Assembly: GCF_001194135.2 (NCBI RefSeq) | Contig: NC_068993.1 | Location: forward strand, 3,031,243-3,095,242 | DNA from: Octopus bimaculoides | Taxonomy: Eukaryota | Reading direction: 5' to 3' | DNA length: 64,000 bases | Shown here: positions 49,981 through 62,008 of the stretch, in pieces | Position numbering within the stretch: position 1 is the stretch's first letter | How the letters are laid out: every line of letters begins with the position of its first letter | The notes under the pieces: generated by a model | Told to the model about the DNA's origin: nothing | Database searches by the model: none | Seen by the model: only the letters and a program-made list of their open reading frames with translations | Position numbers and translations under genes: made by a program

Positions 49981-50713
49981 AATACTTTTGCTCGTTTTTT
50001 TTTTTTTTTTTTTTTGTAATTTAAGATTCCTGCACTAGCTTCATCCAGTCACAATACAGGTGTGTTTGTATGAACGTATGTGTGGGTTTCTCTTCATCTG
50101 TAGACACCTCCATAAATGATGTATATAAAGTGTACATACAAGTCTTTTGGACTCCAATTAGGTCATACATATTTGTTTGTCACATGATATAATGTGTTTT
50201 TATTTAATTTACAAAAAAAAAACAAAACAAAAAAAAGCACTGCATTAATGTGTTCAGTGCACAACTATTGGGAAATAAGTGCAATTTAGTACATGTTCAT
50301 TCAATGTTAGTGTTAGAAAATATAATTATAATCTCACACACACATAAACATGCACACATATACACCTGTCTGTCTATGTAAAGATACATAAATGTTTCAG
50401 AATGTACACAGTCAATATATATGTATGTGTCTTTGTGTATGTGTGCATGTTGTTTATGTGTGTATGTGTGTGAGTGTATGTATATGTACACAGTCAGTAT
50501 GTCTGTGTATGTGCATGTGTATCTGAGCATGTAAGTATATATGCATATATAAAAATATACATATATATTCATAGATATTTTATATAATGCATATACATAT
50601 AAGCATTTATATAATGTGTTAGATATATAAAAATTTCTGTATGTATACACTCACACACATACATATAATAGCTGTATGTATGTATATCTATATAATATAT
50701 ATATATATATATA

Positions 50714-50780
50714 NNNNNNNNNNNNNNNNNNNNNNNNNNNNNNNNNNNNNNNNNNNNNNNNNNNNNNNNNNNNNNNNNNN
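50714..50780. other. Assembly gap (N run)
   Basis: N bases. Confidence 1.
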
Positions 50781-50904
50781 ATATGTATATTCATACCCTC
50801 CACACCACAATGAGCAACTGAATACTTGCAGACATGTTCTAACACCTTATAGTGCGGGAGAAGAGAACAAAATAAAAACAAACATGATTAAACAAGTTTC
50901 TTTT

Positions 50905-50952
50905 TACTTTTACATTTTTACTTTTACATTTTTACTTTTACATTTTTACTTT
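50905..50952. repeat. 14-bp tandem repeat (TTTTACTTTTACAT) x~3
   Basis: Directly visible. Confidence 0.85.
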
Positions 50953-52044
50953 TCTAATTTGATTTTATTTCAATATAATACAAATATGTTGAGATAATTA
51001 CAATATATTTATAATATAATGCAATATAATTATAATATAATATAATAATAATACATTTATATTACATTTAACAACAACAGACCAGAAAGTAGCAAGTGCT
51101 GTTCAGACGACTGTGGCAAGAATGGTTAGGATGTAAGGCTTTACTCTAATCATGACCCTGTAGATTAGAGAGCAATAGGTGGGTGAGGGCTTGTGCTTTT
51201 GGTGGTTAGGGGAATCCTAGATGTGTAGAGTTCTTAGATTGACCCTATTTGGAGTTTCTCCTCTATCAAGAGGACCGCATGGGTAAGGGCTTTGTCACCA
51301 TCAGCATTATTAGCTCTCTTTGGGTTTTTGCCATTGAGAAGATTTTCTTTCCATTTATCAGAAAGAATATATTATTATTATTATTATTATTATTATTGCT
51401 ATTATTTATGTGTAGTTAGTGTAAAGAATGAAGTCAACAATATTACCGAATTCTTCCTTTACTGAATTCTCTGTCATGCTATGAAGAAAGATGCTTTTAT
51501 AAACTATTTCTTCACAGCCATTCCCATTGCTGTAGGCAGTCCTAATGAAATACCATCATTTGTATCAATAAACATTCATTTTCTTTTATACCACAAACCT
51601 TTCCACTCCTCCTGAAGCTCAAATTGAACCCTGGATCCTGACTGCATTCTGTGTCACAATAATTCACTCTATAACATATTATTGGCTGTTCTCTATAAGA
51701 TATTCCCATTGTTATTGACATTTCCCCATCTCTCACTTTCTATGTTTCTTATGTATATACACATATATATACACATACATGCACACACTGTTATTGACTT
51801 CTACACATATATAAACTCACAAGTATGTGTGTGTGTATCTATGTCTTTATTGCCCAAAGGAGAGAAAGAGAGGGGGAGAGAAGGAAAGAGAGAGAGGGAA
51901 AGAGAGAGAGAGAAAAATGTGTGTATGTGTCTCCTTCTTTCAGTATGTGCTAGTTGTAAACAAGCTTCACCTTCACACAAGCAATATTTGCTTGCAATCT
52001 TCTCTAAAAACATGTCTGGGCAAAGAGAAAAGTATTATCTTCCT

Positions 52045-52170
52045 TGAAAACCAGTAAAGGTTGGCAACAGGAAGGACACCAAACCACAGGAAAATCTGTT
52101 TTGATGAATCTTGTCTCACCCATGCAAATATAGAAAAGTTGGATGTTAGCATAATGATGATGATGAACAC
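52045..52170 (+). mobile_element. SINE/retroelement tail fragment
   Basis: GGTTGGCAACAGGAAGGACA.CAA.CCACAG.AAAATCTG...GATGTTAGCATAATGATGATGATG. Confidence 0.55.
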
Positions 52171-53221
52171 GTTTTGTTTTTGCCAATTCTTCCTGTGTTG
52201 AATCGATTCCTTATTCTCTGGTCACTGGCGTGACCTTTTGATATGCTGAAATCTCTTCCATTGTTGTTATTTCGAGGTAAAAATACAGTATCCAAGATGG
52301 AGCTATTCTGAGAATAAGGTTGCAAATGCTTCATGTTGCTTCAAACATTTCAAATGGAAAAAGAGAGAATCACTCTAACAAAATATCCTGATTGTGCTCC
52401 ACTGTTATTAAGAGTTTCCCAAGAATTAGTTTATTCTCAAAGAAATCTCATTGGGAAGAGATATCTGTATAATTAGAAGGTAGAAAATCCGTTTAGTCTG
52501 GAAGGGAAATTTCTCATTGTTTTATTTGTTTGACAGCATGGTATAAGCGGCAGAAACATTACAATACCCTGTAGTCATGGCTCTTGAGAAATAATATGGA
52601 AAATTCTACACAACTAAACCAAAAACAAATCCAAATATTTTCTTTATTTTAAGATTTCATTTCTGCTACTGCCAGAAGCTATAAGCTATTCACCAGTCTC
52701 CTGAACATTGATGCAAGCTTTGTGAAATTCTCTTGGTATAGACTTTCCATTTGTATTTGTAAACTTTTCAAACTTGAATTTTTCCTTCAGAATATGGTAA
52801 AGAAAGAACTTAAACAATGCTATTTTTCTAATTCTTGGTATTCAAATAGAAACTGACTGTAGATTATGTAAAGGGTTAACAGTTACTGCACATACATAAA
52901 TACATTCATATATAGATGCATACATGTATACATACATGCATACTTAAATATATGCATATATACAGGCACACGCACATACATACACATGCATACACACATA
53001 CTTGCAAATATACACACACACAAACATGTGTATACATATGCATTGCTATTCAAGTGGTGTTCTGTGTGCTTGACACTCAAACCTAATTCTCTACATATTT
53101 GTCTTTGAGTCATTAACTGATAATTTGGTCAAAACTGAACAAATAATAATTCTGGATGCACAGACTAAAAAAAAACAAACAAACAAAAATACAAACGAAA
53201 CTCAATATCTTAAATATTGAT

Positions 53222-53640
53222 ACAGAAATGGTTTTGTAGTTAAAGAGTTGGTTTCACAATAACAGAACTTTGAGTTCAGTCCCACATGATATCGTCTTCT
53301 CTGCTATAGCTTGAGACTGACCAAAAACTTGTGAGGGAATTTGGTAAATGAAAGCTAAAAGGACACACATGTGTCTTTGCATGTGTGTGTGTCTGCAGGT
53401 GCCTCCTGCTTTTGACATCACACACTAATTACAAATAAGCTTCATCAGACAGATGCTGACGTTTGTTTGCAATCTTCATATCAAGGGTAAAATATTAACT
53501 TTTTTTTTATTAACAGGTGAGGGTTGGTGACAGGGTGAGCATCTGGCTGTAGATTATTCACTGCAACAATTGTTATTTGACCAACACTAGAATAGAATAA
53601 TAAACATTAAAAGAATGATGATGATGATAATGATGCCAAC
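53222..53640 (+). mobile_element. SINE family A head with alternative tail, degenerate
   Basis: GAGTTCAGTCCCAC..TCTTCTCTGCTATAGC..GACCAAAA.CTTGTGAG..ATTTGGTAAATG; tail ACAGGTGAGGGTTGGTGACAGG. Confidence 0.6.
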
Positions 53641-53664
53641 AACACTGAAGATGATAATATATGG

Positions 53665-53830
53665 TGCTAGAATACTTAGTGCCATTTTGTCCATCTTTAT
53701 GTTTTGAGTTCAAATACCACTAAGGTTGACTTTATTTTTCATCCTTTTGGGGCCACCAGTTGATCACTGAGAGCAATGTAATCAACTTTCCCCTCCTCTC
53801 AAAACTGTTGGCCTTTGAAACCATTATAAG
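53665..53830 (+). mobile_element. SINE family B, degenerate
   Basis: TTTATGTTTTGAGTTCAAATACCACTAAGGTTGACTTT..TTCATCCTTTTGGGG. Confidence 0.6.
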
Positions 53831-54176
53831 GTGCTAGTTGATTACAAGGTAAAAACCAAAGAAAAGGTGTGTGGATTTATAGATAACAAGCCTATTGATT
53901 CAATGTGGAAATCAAAGCAAGCATTTGTCATAAGCTAAGTGGCAGAGATACCACAAAACCAGAGGAACTCAAAGACTTTTAACCACGAAATGAGAAACTT
54001 TCAAGTTATAAGTATGAAAGCAAATTTCCATGTTTTGGATCGTACCTTGAAGTAATGGGAAATTGGTAAATAATTCTTGCTACAGAGTTGCTTTAATGCA
54101 AAGGATTTACGTAAATTCAAGTGTTAACAAACCCTGTTGATTGAAGAAAATTAGATGAAGTCACCCATAGGAATGG

Positions 54177-54215
<39 letters not shown>

Positions 54216-54261
54216 ACGTATGTATGTATGCATGAATCTGTATGTGTGTGTGTGTGTGTAT

Positions 54262-54610
54262 TTTTCACTTGTTTCAGTTATTAGACTGTGGCCATGCTGG
54301 GGCACCACCTTGAATTTTTAACCAAATGTATCAACCCCAAGGACTTCGATTTTGTTTCTCAAAGCCTGGTACTTATTATGTTGACCTCTTTTGCTGAACT
54401 GCTAAGTAACAGGGACATAAACACACCAGTATTGGTTGTCAAGCAGCAGTGAAGGGACAAACACAGACACAAAGACACACGTGCATACACACACACACAC
54501 AACAGGCTTCTTTTAGTTTCTGTCTACAAAACCCAGTCACAAAACATTGGTTGGCCTAAGGCCATAGTAGGAAAAAACTTGCCCAAGGTGCCACACTCCT
54601 ACAGCTGCAC
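54262..54610 (-). mobile_element. SINE family A
   Basis: CTTGTTTCAGTTATTAGACTGTGGCCATGCTGGGGCACCACCTTGAA tail; ACTTGCCCAAGGTGCCACAC CORE-like segment. Confidence 0.8.
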
Positions 54611-55119
54611 CACTGTATGTATGTATGTATGCATTTATGTATGTATGTATATATGCATGTATGCATGTATTTATATTTGTAATGTAATGTATGGATTAAG
54701 TATGCACATATGTATGTAATGAACATGTGTATGTATGTAATGTATGTATGTATGTATGTACGTACATATGTATATAATGAAATGTATGTATGTTTATATG
54801 TAATGTAATGCATGTACATATGTAAATGTGTTTGTATGTATGCATGTATGTATGTGTGCATGTATGTTTATAACAGAATGTTACAGACAGGTTACTTTGC
54901 TAGAAATTCAAGCCACTGCAAATGGAAGGCAAAGTCTTCAGCCAATTCTTCCTCAACTAAATAGATTTCAATTCTTAAGTTCTTCAAAAATTAATGTTAA
55001 TTAAATCTTTATATCAAATATGGAAATGAGATAATTGGTAAGCTGAAATTGATAGTTAGTAATTATTGGTATTGTAGATGAAATTGTTGGTTAATTAATG
55101 ACAATGATGAGGTATGGTA

Positions 55120-55290
55120 TGGGTGCAGCATGGCTAAATCATTGAAGAAGCTTGCTTTGAATCTCTGAGGTCTTAGGTTCAATCTCACTGTCTGGTATAT
55201 CGTGTAAATGTTGTTTTCTGTTACCTCTAGTTGATCCATAATTTGTGAATGAAATTTGGGTGATGGAAACTGAGCAGAAGCCTTTCAAAT
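55120..55290 (+). mobile_element. SINE family A head, degenerate
   Basis: GGTGCAGCATGGCT..AAGAAGCTTGCTT..AGGTTCAATCTCACTG..GATGGAAACTG.GCAGAAGCC. Confidence 0.55.
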
Positions 55291-55414
55291 AGATTATAAC
55301 CATAAGTCATTAGGGACAGGCTTATTACACAGTGTTTTATGTGCTAAATATGCCTGAGAATTTCATCAAAAGTACAGATCTGTCTTTGGAATACTCAGCC
55401 ATTTTCACAGTAAT

Positions 55415-55700
55415 TCAATGAGATCCAAAGATGCACCCATCCATCTATCTATCTATCTCTTTATCCGTCCTTCCATCCATCATCGATTCATTCATTCATC
55501 CCTCACTCCATTTTGCCAGTTTTCTCCTAATCCATCCTTTAATCCATCCGTCCATTTGTTCATCTGTCCATCTATCTATCCATCCACTCACCCAATCAGG
55601 CTACTCACAATCCATCTTTCTATCTGTCAATTCATCCAACCATCCATATCTCCCAGGGCCCGCCCATCCATCCATCCATCCAGCCATCCATTCATCATGT
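55415..55700. repeat. Degenerate (TCCA/TCTA)n tract
   Basis: Directly visible. Confidence 0.85.
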
Positions 55701-56561
55701 TGTAAAGGTTATTGATTAACTGGAGATGCTGTGAGTTAATTCAAAGCTGTTGGTTGTTAGATGAGTTAAGCTTTAGTGACTAACGAGTAAGGTCGTGAGA
55801 TTTTGTGAGATTATCAGATTTAATGACAGCCTAAAATACTGAATGTTCCAATTAGGATTACGTGAACACTTACAATACATTTATAGTTACTTAAAATGAA
55901 ATAGTAATCCAAACGGTTGGCTTGATGAGAACTATGTACTGAAACTAAATGAAATATAGTGACAGGTGAGTATTTAGCTGCTAGGGAGGAGGGTTTTGTT
56001 AGATCAGTAGGTGTGGCAGGGAAAAACAGATAAATGTCATCTCTTTATCAAAGAGTTTCCACTTTAAAAATGAATTAACAATGTCTGAGAAATTGTTTGA
56101 TATTTTCAGAGGTGGAAAGAAAGTGAGTGGAGTGAGAATGGGGGGAGGGTGTTCCGATAACAAATAAGAATCTTTAAACTGTGTCACAATGAAGTTACCT
56201 AACAGAATTATTTATCATATTTTAACAAAGATAAACAGACTTCAAACATCAACAAGATACAGGCACAGACACACACATACACAGACAGACACACACAGAC
56301 ACACACACACACACACACAAATCGATAAATAAATAGAGATAGATAGATAGTGGGATAGACAGGTAGATAGGTAGGTAGATAGATAAATAGATTGATAGAT
56401 AAATAGACAGACAGATTGATTGATAGATAGATAGATAGATACATAGATACATACATACATACATACATACATAGATCATATATCTTTTTCTTTCACACAT
56501 TTCAGCCCTAATGCTGTGGCCATGCTGGAGCACCTCCAGTGTAATCATATTTTCAATGGTC

Positions 56562-56831
56562 ATTCTTATCAATTTAAACTAGTTGTTTCTGTTTTCTTTG
56601 ATGATATAAGGTTATGGTAAAATCGGTACACAATAAAATATTTCTTGGAGTAAAGATTGTTTGCCAACATAACATGGCAGTCCTGGTTTAGGACGAATGT
56701 TACTGTAAATTAGCCCCAAGAGACATCGTCTCCAGCTGGCTGTATGACACGATCTGTGTCCTTATATTTTTGAACATTACAGCAACATTTGTCCTAAACC
56801 AGGACTGCCATGTTATGTTGGCAAAAATCTT
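56562..56831 (-). repeat. Family D repeat with a 57-bp terminal inverted duplication (56652-56710 / 56775-56831)
   Basis: AAAGATT.TTTGCCAACATAACATGGCAGTCCTGGTTTAGGAC.AATGTT.CTGTAA is present in both orientations around a ~65-bp spacer; the element continues leftward in alignment with 46925-47145. Confidence 0.88.
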
Positions 56832-57713
56832 TAATCGGAGTTTAAGTCTGAATCTTTTGAGAAGTGCTAGTCGTCTTCTATATGGAGAATATCTGGATTG
56901 CGTCTGTGAACTATACATACATAAATACATATACACACATGCAAATACATCTTTTATCATATGTATATACACAAATATTATTATGCTCATATTGCATGCA
57001 TTTTGCAGGCTTTACATGTGGCCAGAAAAACCTAAGTTGTCGACCACCCATTCAATGACAATAGCAGCAGGTTTCACTGCATATTATTCAATTGATATTG
57101 GTGAACTATGGCCTAACAGAGCTACAACAGCTGTCAGGGGTTTCGAACTTACTGTTAGTAAAACTTAAACACAGCTATGGCTTCTGTAGCTCAGTGGTAA
57201 ACAATAGATTTAAGCCGTCTGGCTATGATTTCGATGAGTACTAAATAAACTAACAACGAAGAAGATGATTATCAGCAAAACACTGCGATGTGATATCTGA
57301 AGTAGGTTTGTGCTTTAGAAGAAAATAATAAGCTACTTGTGTAGTTTCAAGTAGCAACACTAACTTCACTTGCAACACTTACAATGATAACTACAACAAA
57401 ACATTGTTTTGGAATGTTTGCACAGGTAATTTTCATAACAATTACTGCATTAGGACAATAGCAGAGATTTATAGGAGTGGGGTATGGCTTATTGAAGCAA
57501 CAACTAGTCTGTGATTGATAATCGTTTTATAAACCAATTAATTTGAATGTAAGACCAAAATGAGATGAGAATATAGATTGACAGAACCAAATAGTACAAA
57601 TAATTTTGTCAGTCACTTTACCATTCTTGATATTCAATTGACTTTGTTCTTAGAGAGAAGCTCTAGAATTTTAATAATCTACCATCTTCCTGAATTTTCT
57701 TTTTATCTATTAA

Positions 57714-57745
<32 letters not shown>

Positions 57746-59783
57746 TTTATCTATCTATCTATCCATCTATCTATCCATCTATATGGAACTTCAATGGCCA
57801 TTTGGACCCTAAATGGACATATGGACCCCAGCTGAGAGCCATGGATTTAGAACATAGAACTTTTTACCATTCTTACAAACACAAGATAGACATGGCAAAA
57901 ATATTAATGATACCAAAATCTACTCAAATGAAACTGATGCAGGCTACTCAAAGACAATAATAGAAATGAAACTAACAGCTTCCTCACCATTTTACAAAAT
58001 ATTTCATTGCTCAGTTTGTTTAACACCAGTGTCTGGCCCTTTGAAATCTTTATTGAAGACCCTTTTGCTTTAAACATTCAGGCCAGGGTTTCAGTTTGAG
58101 GATAATTTCTCTCTTGCCCCAGACCCACCAGTTCTGGTGACCCTGTGAAAGATCTTTGGTATCATTGTTCTACTTACTGATCAATAATACAATACCTAAA
58201 TATGATTTTATCATAATTCTACAAAGAATCTTTCACTAAATGCACCATCCCAATTATCTCCAGTAAATTCTCTAAGTGTTCTTGGAATATAGAACATATA
58301 TCAGAATAAGCGTTGCAGCTTCAGGCAAAATTTCACACAACAAAGATGTGATATCATAAGAATACTTCAACTGATTGTGACATAAGTGTTAAGATAGGGA
58401 GGTGGGTGAGAGCAATATCGTTAATTAATTAACACCAGACCAATCTCTAGGAGAAGTAAACATTGTATGAAGCAGAAACCGATTAAACATAGGCAACAGT
58501 GACAAATCAAATTAAAAATATATTTTTGTTAATTATGTTCGCATACTAAATGACTGTCTCAATTAATTATCTGTGGAAATTGGCAAAGCAGTGACAAGGG
58601 AAAATAGACTCAGAGTAAGTAGTCAGGGGTGACAACTCTGGACATGTTTTTGCATTATTAGGCCTCTTTAGTAAGGCATGGTGATTCTCTTATCTGCCAG
58701 CTTGTGGAGAGAAAAGAATGTAAGCAGGATATCATAGACATATGGGTGTGATAAATCTACAAAGGGACTAAAGAGAATAACACAGAGATATTATCCACAA
58801 AGAAAACAAATAAAAATAAGTAAGAGTTTGCATGCTTAATGAGATGAACATGATAATACCTTTAATTGATTAAAACTGTCTCTGTACCATAAAGAGCCTA
58901 ACATTGGTGAACAATATATAAATCAACCAAACAAAGTTAAGGGAGAGAGATAAAAATTTTAAAAAGGATATCAAAGAAATGGTTTGGGTTGCTGAAACTC
59001 AACAATAGTAACACCACATTCAATATTCACTGTTGAAACATATTCTTTATTGTTCAGCCAGAATCTATATCAATAGGGATAATATTATTATTATTATGAT
59101 TATTATTGATATGAATTTAGCATAACAACTAAGATCTATCTATTCTCCCTGTGAAACCTAATTCAACAAGGACACAAGAGGACAAAGAAATATTTGCCAA
59201 ACTCCAATTAAGCATGAAAGACAAGGAAATGTACCATTAATTTCACTCCTAAATGATACAAGAGAAATGTCGGCAAAGTTTACTTTACGTTGATATGAGA
59301 TTCATCTGGAAGAAAGCAGGATAAACAATATAAATATTTGATTCATTTTTCATCTCGAACAGCTAAATTTTACGACTCATCATGAATATTAATAGCTAAT
59401 ACACCAGCATCAGACAAGTAGATTCAAATGGAATGAATTAAACATAAAAGCATAATTTTTAGGATATAAATGGCAAGAAATGATTTCTTCTTTGAAAAGA
59501 ATTTTTGGTTTTACATATAACTCAGTGTGAAGGTCTGGGTGTCTGCGTATATGTATGAATATACACACACACATATATATATGTATGTGTTGGTGCACAC
59601 ATATATATATATATATATGTGTATATATGTCATGTTTATAGCTGTGTGTATGTATGTATGTATGAATGTTTGCGTGTATCTATGTGCATAAGTAAATATA
59701 TATGTGTATGGTAGGCAGGGTGTGTGTGTTTGCCTATAAATATTTGAGTATTGTTCCTTTGTGTGTGAGTATATCAGTGTGTT

Positions 59784-59814
<31 letters not shown>

Positions 59815-60157
59815 GTGTTATGAGAAATAGGTGTCTACTAATGCGGAAAATGCCTGCAGCTTGATAGATAAATGGCTACAAATGAAGACAAGAAATAACC
59901 TAACACTTCAATGAACACGCACACACGTCAGGTACACTTACATACATATACATATATACACACACAAAAAACAATCATTTCCACAGAAGCAAAAGAGCCC
60001 ATATAATTGCGTGTATGTGCGTGCTTTTGTGTGTGTGTGTGTACCTGAATATGACGTATGTATCTTCATATCTACCAAGCTAGCAATTAATCTATCTATC
60101 TATCTATTTATATATATATCTATCAATCTACATGGATGGATAGATAGATAGACAGAC

Positions 60158-60188
<31 letters not shown>

Positions 60189-60539
60189 CTGGTTGATAGA
60201 TAGATAGATTGATAGATAGACAGTTAGATAGATATGTGCTTATCTTATTTCTGCTTTAATCTCATTTATATTTACATATTCACTGCAGGAAATTTTTATG
60301 AATTCTTGTTTGATTGAAATTAACATAATCATTTTAGAATTAAATTTTTAACAAAATTCTAATAGAGATATCTGCAACACAGCAGAGAAGACAATTACAT
60401 AGTTATGAATAACAATGATACGTATATACATGCATATAAGCATACACACACATACACTCACACATACATATGTATACACAGCTGTCTAAAAATGCCTATT
60501 ATATGTACACATATGCAAATTCACCTTTACATGATTGCA

Positions 60540-60582
<43 letters not shown>

Positions 60583-60757
60583 CGACATATATGTGAAAAT
60601 TTATCGAAATGTCTATGAATAAATATGTTAGTTCGGTATATATTTGATGCCTATATGCATATGTATCAACTATACTTTCATATATATACATTAATATATA
60701 TATGTACGTATATGCAATCAATATAGTTATACCAATCAATCTACATTTGCTATTACA

Positions 60758-60793
<36 letters not shown>

Positions 60794-61328
60794 TATATAT
60801 ATGCATATATGTTCTTATATATATCTGTGTGTGTGTGTGTGTATGTATGTATATATATATATCCACATATATATTATACATATTACATTATGTGCATAGA
60901 TACATACACATATGCACTCACATATAAAGAAGTATCAAATGTGTTCATATACCTAAGAGTGAATCTTGTACAAGCATTGATAGAAGTGTCCATGCATGGC
61001 TACCACTCAATAGTCAAAGTTATGAAAATAGTAAATGGGTGTATGTATGTGAGTATGTAAGTATGAACATGAATATGGAGGTTTTGTGTTATATATTTTT
61101 CTATGTTCCTGGGGCCTTTAACTTCAGTTGTTGAGGCATTTTAAACATGGTTGAGCCCATTCTCTTCCAGGCCCGATCACTGCCAATTTCTCTTCTGTGT
61201 GTGTGTATGTGCATTTGAGAGAAAGAGAGAGGGGAAAGGGAGAGAGATGCCAGTGGGATGGTATCATTTGAGAGCCAAAACTATGCGACCAGTGATGCAC
61301 AACGTTTGATTGTCTGGTCGACAGTGTG

Positions 61329-61363
<35 letters not shown>

Positions 61364-61659
61364 CATACATATACATATTTATATATGTATATATATATAT
61401 AGATATTTATATATATATAACATTAATAATAATAATGAGATTGTGGAGATTTTTCACATCCATATATTTTATTTAACAGTTATTTACAGCATATTCTTCC
61501 ACCCTACATGTGTCTCAACTGCAGCAACTGCACATTTTGGGATATGCAACTTTGCACCATGGTCAGTGCCTCTTTCTCTGTGCCCTTTACTCTAGACCGT
61601 TTCAAAGTAAACTGAATGAATGAGGTGTCTGTGTGTTTATGTTAAGTAATAAATTTATC

Positions 61660-61953
61660 AATCTCTCTATCTACCCATGTATGTATGTATGTATGTATGT
61701 ATGTATCTATCTATCTATCTATCTACCGATCTATCAATCTATCTGTCTATCTATCTATCTATCTATTGATCAATCAACTTATCTATCTCTCTATCAATCA
61801 ATCAATTTATATCTATCTATCTGTCTATCAATCTATCTANNNNNNNNNNCTATCTATCTATCTATCTATTGATCAATCAACTTATCTATCTCTCTATCAA
61901 TCAATCAATTTATATCTATCTATCTGTCTATCAATCTATCTATCTATCTATCA

Positions 61954-62007
<54 letters not shown>
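61660..62007. repeat. (TATG)n/(TATC)n microsatellite containing a 10-N gap (61840-61849) with ~90 bp duplicated on both sides
   Basis: 61748-61839 is repeated essentially exactly at 61850-61941; probable contig-overlap artefact. Confidence 0.85.

Positions 62008-62008
<1 letters not shown>

Noticed and set aside
51080-51360. Minus-strand peptide with faint similarity to the RT N-terminal region (KRANNADG; PIALL)
   Set aside because: Too degenerate to support by eye.
52694-52784. Minus-strand EKFKFEKFTNTNGKSIPREFHK resembles the FK(Y/F)DRF.N.NG region of CYP7/CYP8 P450s, with weak splice-like borders
   Set aside because: No heme-binding FG.G...CPG motif and no other P450 exon found in the window; a BLASTX would settle it.
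57170-57245. GCTTCTGTAGCTCAGTGGTA, tRNA-like 5' end
   Set aside because: A-box only; no cloverleaf or convincing B-box, so not called as tRNA or SINE.
61748-61941. ~90-bp exact direct repeat
   Set aside because: Sits on both sides of a 10-N gap; most likely an unmerged contig overlap.
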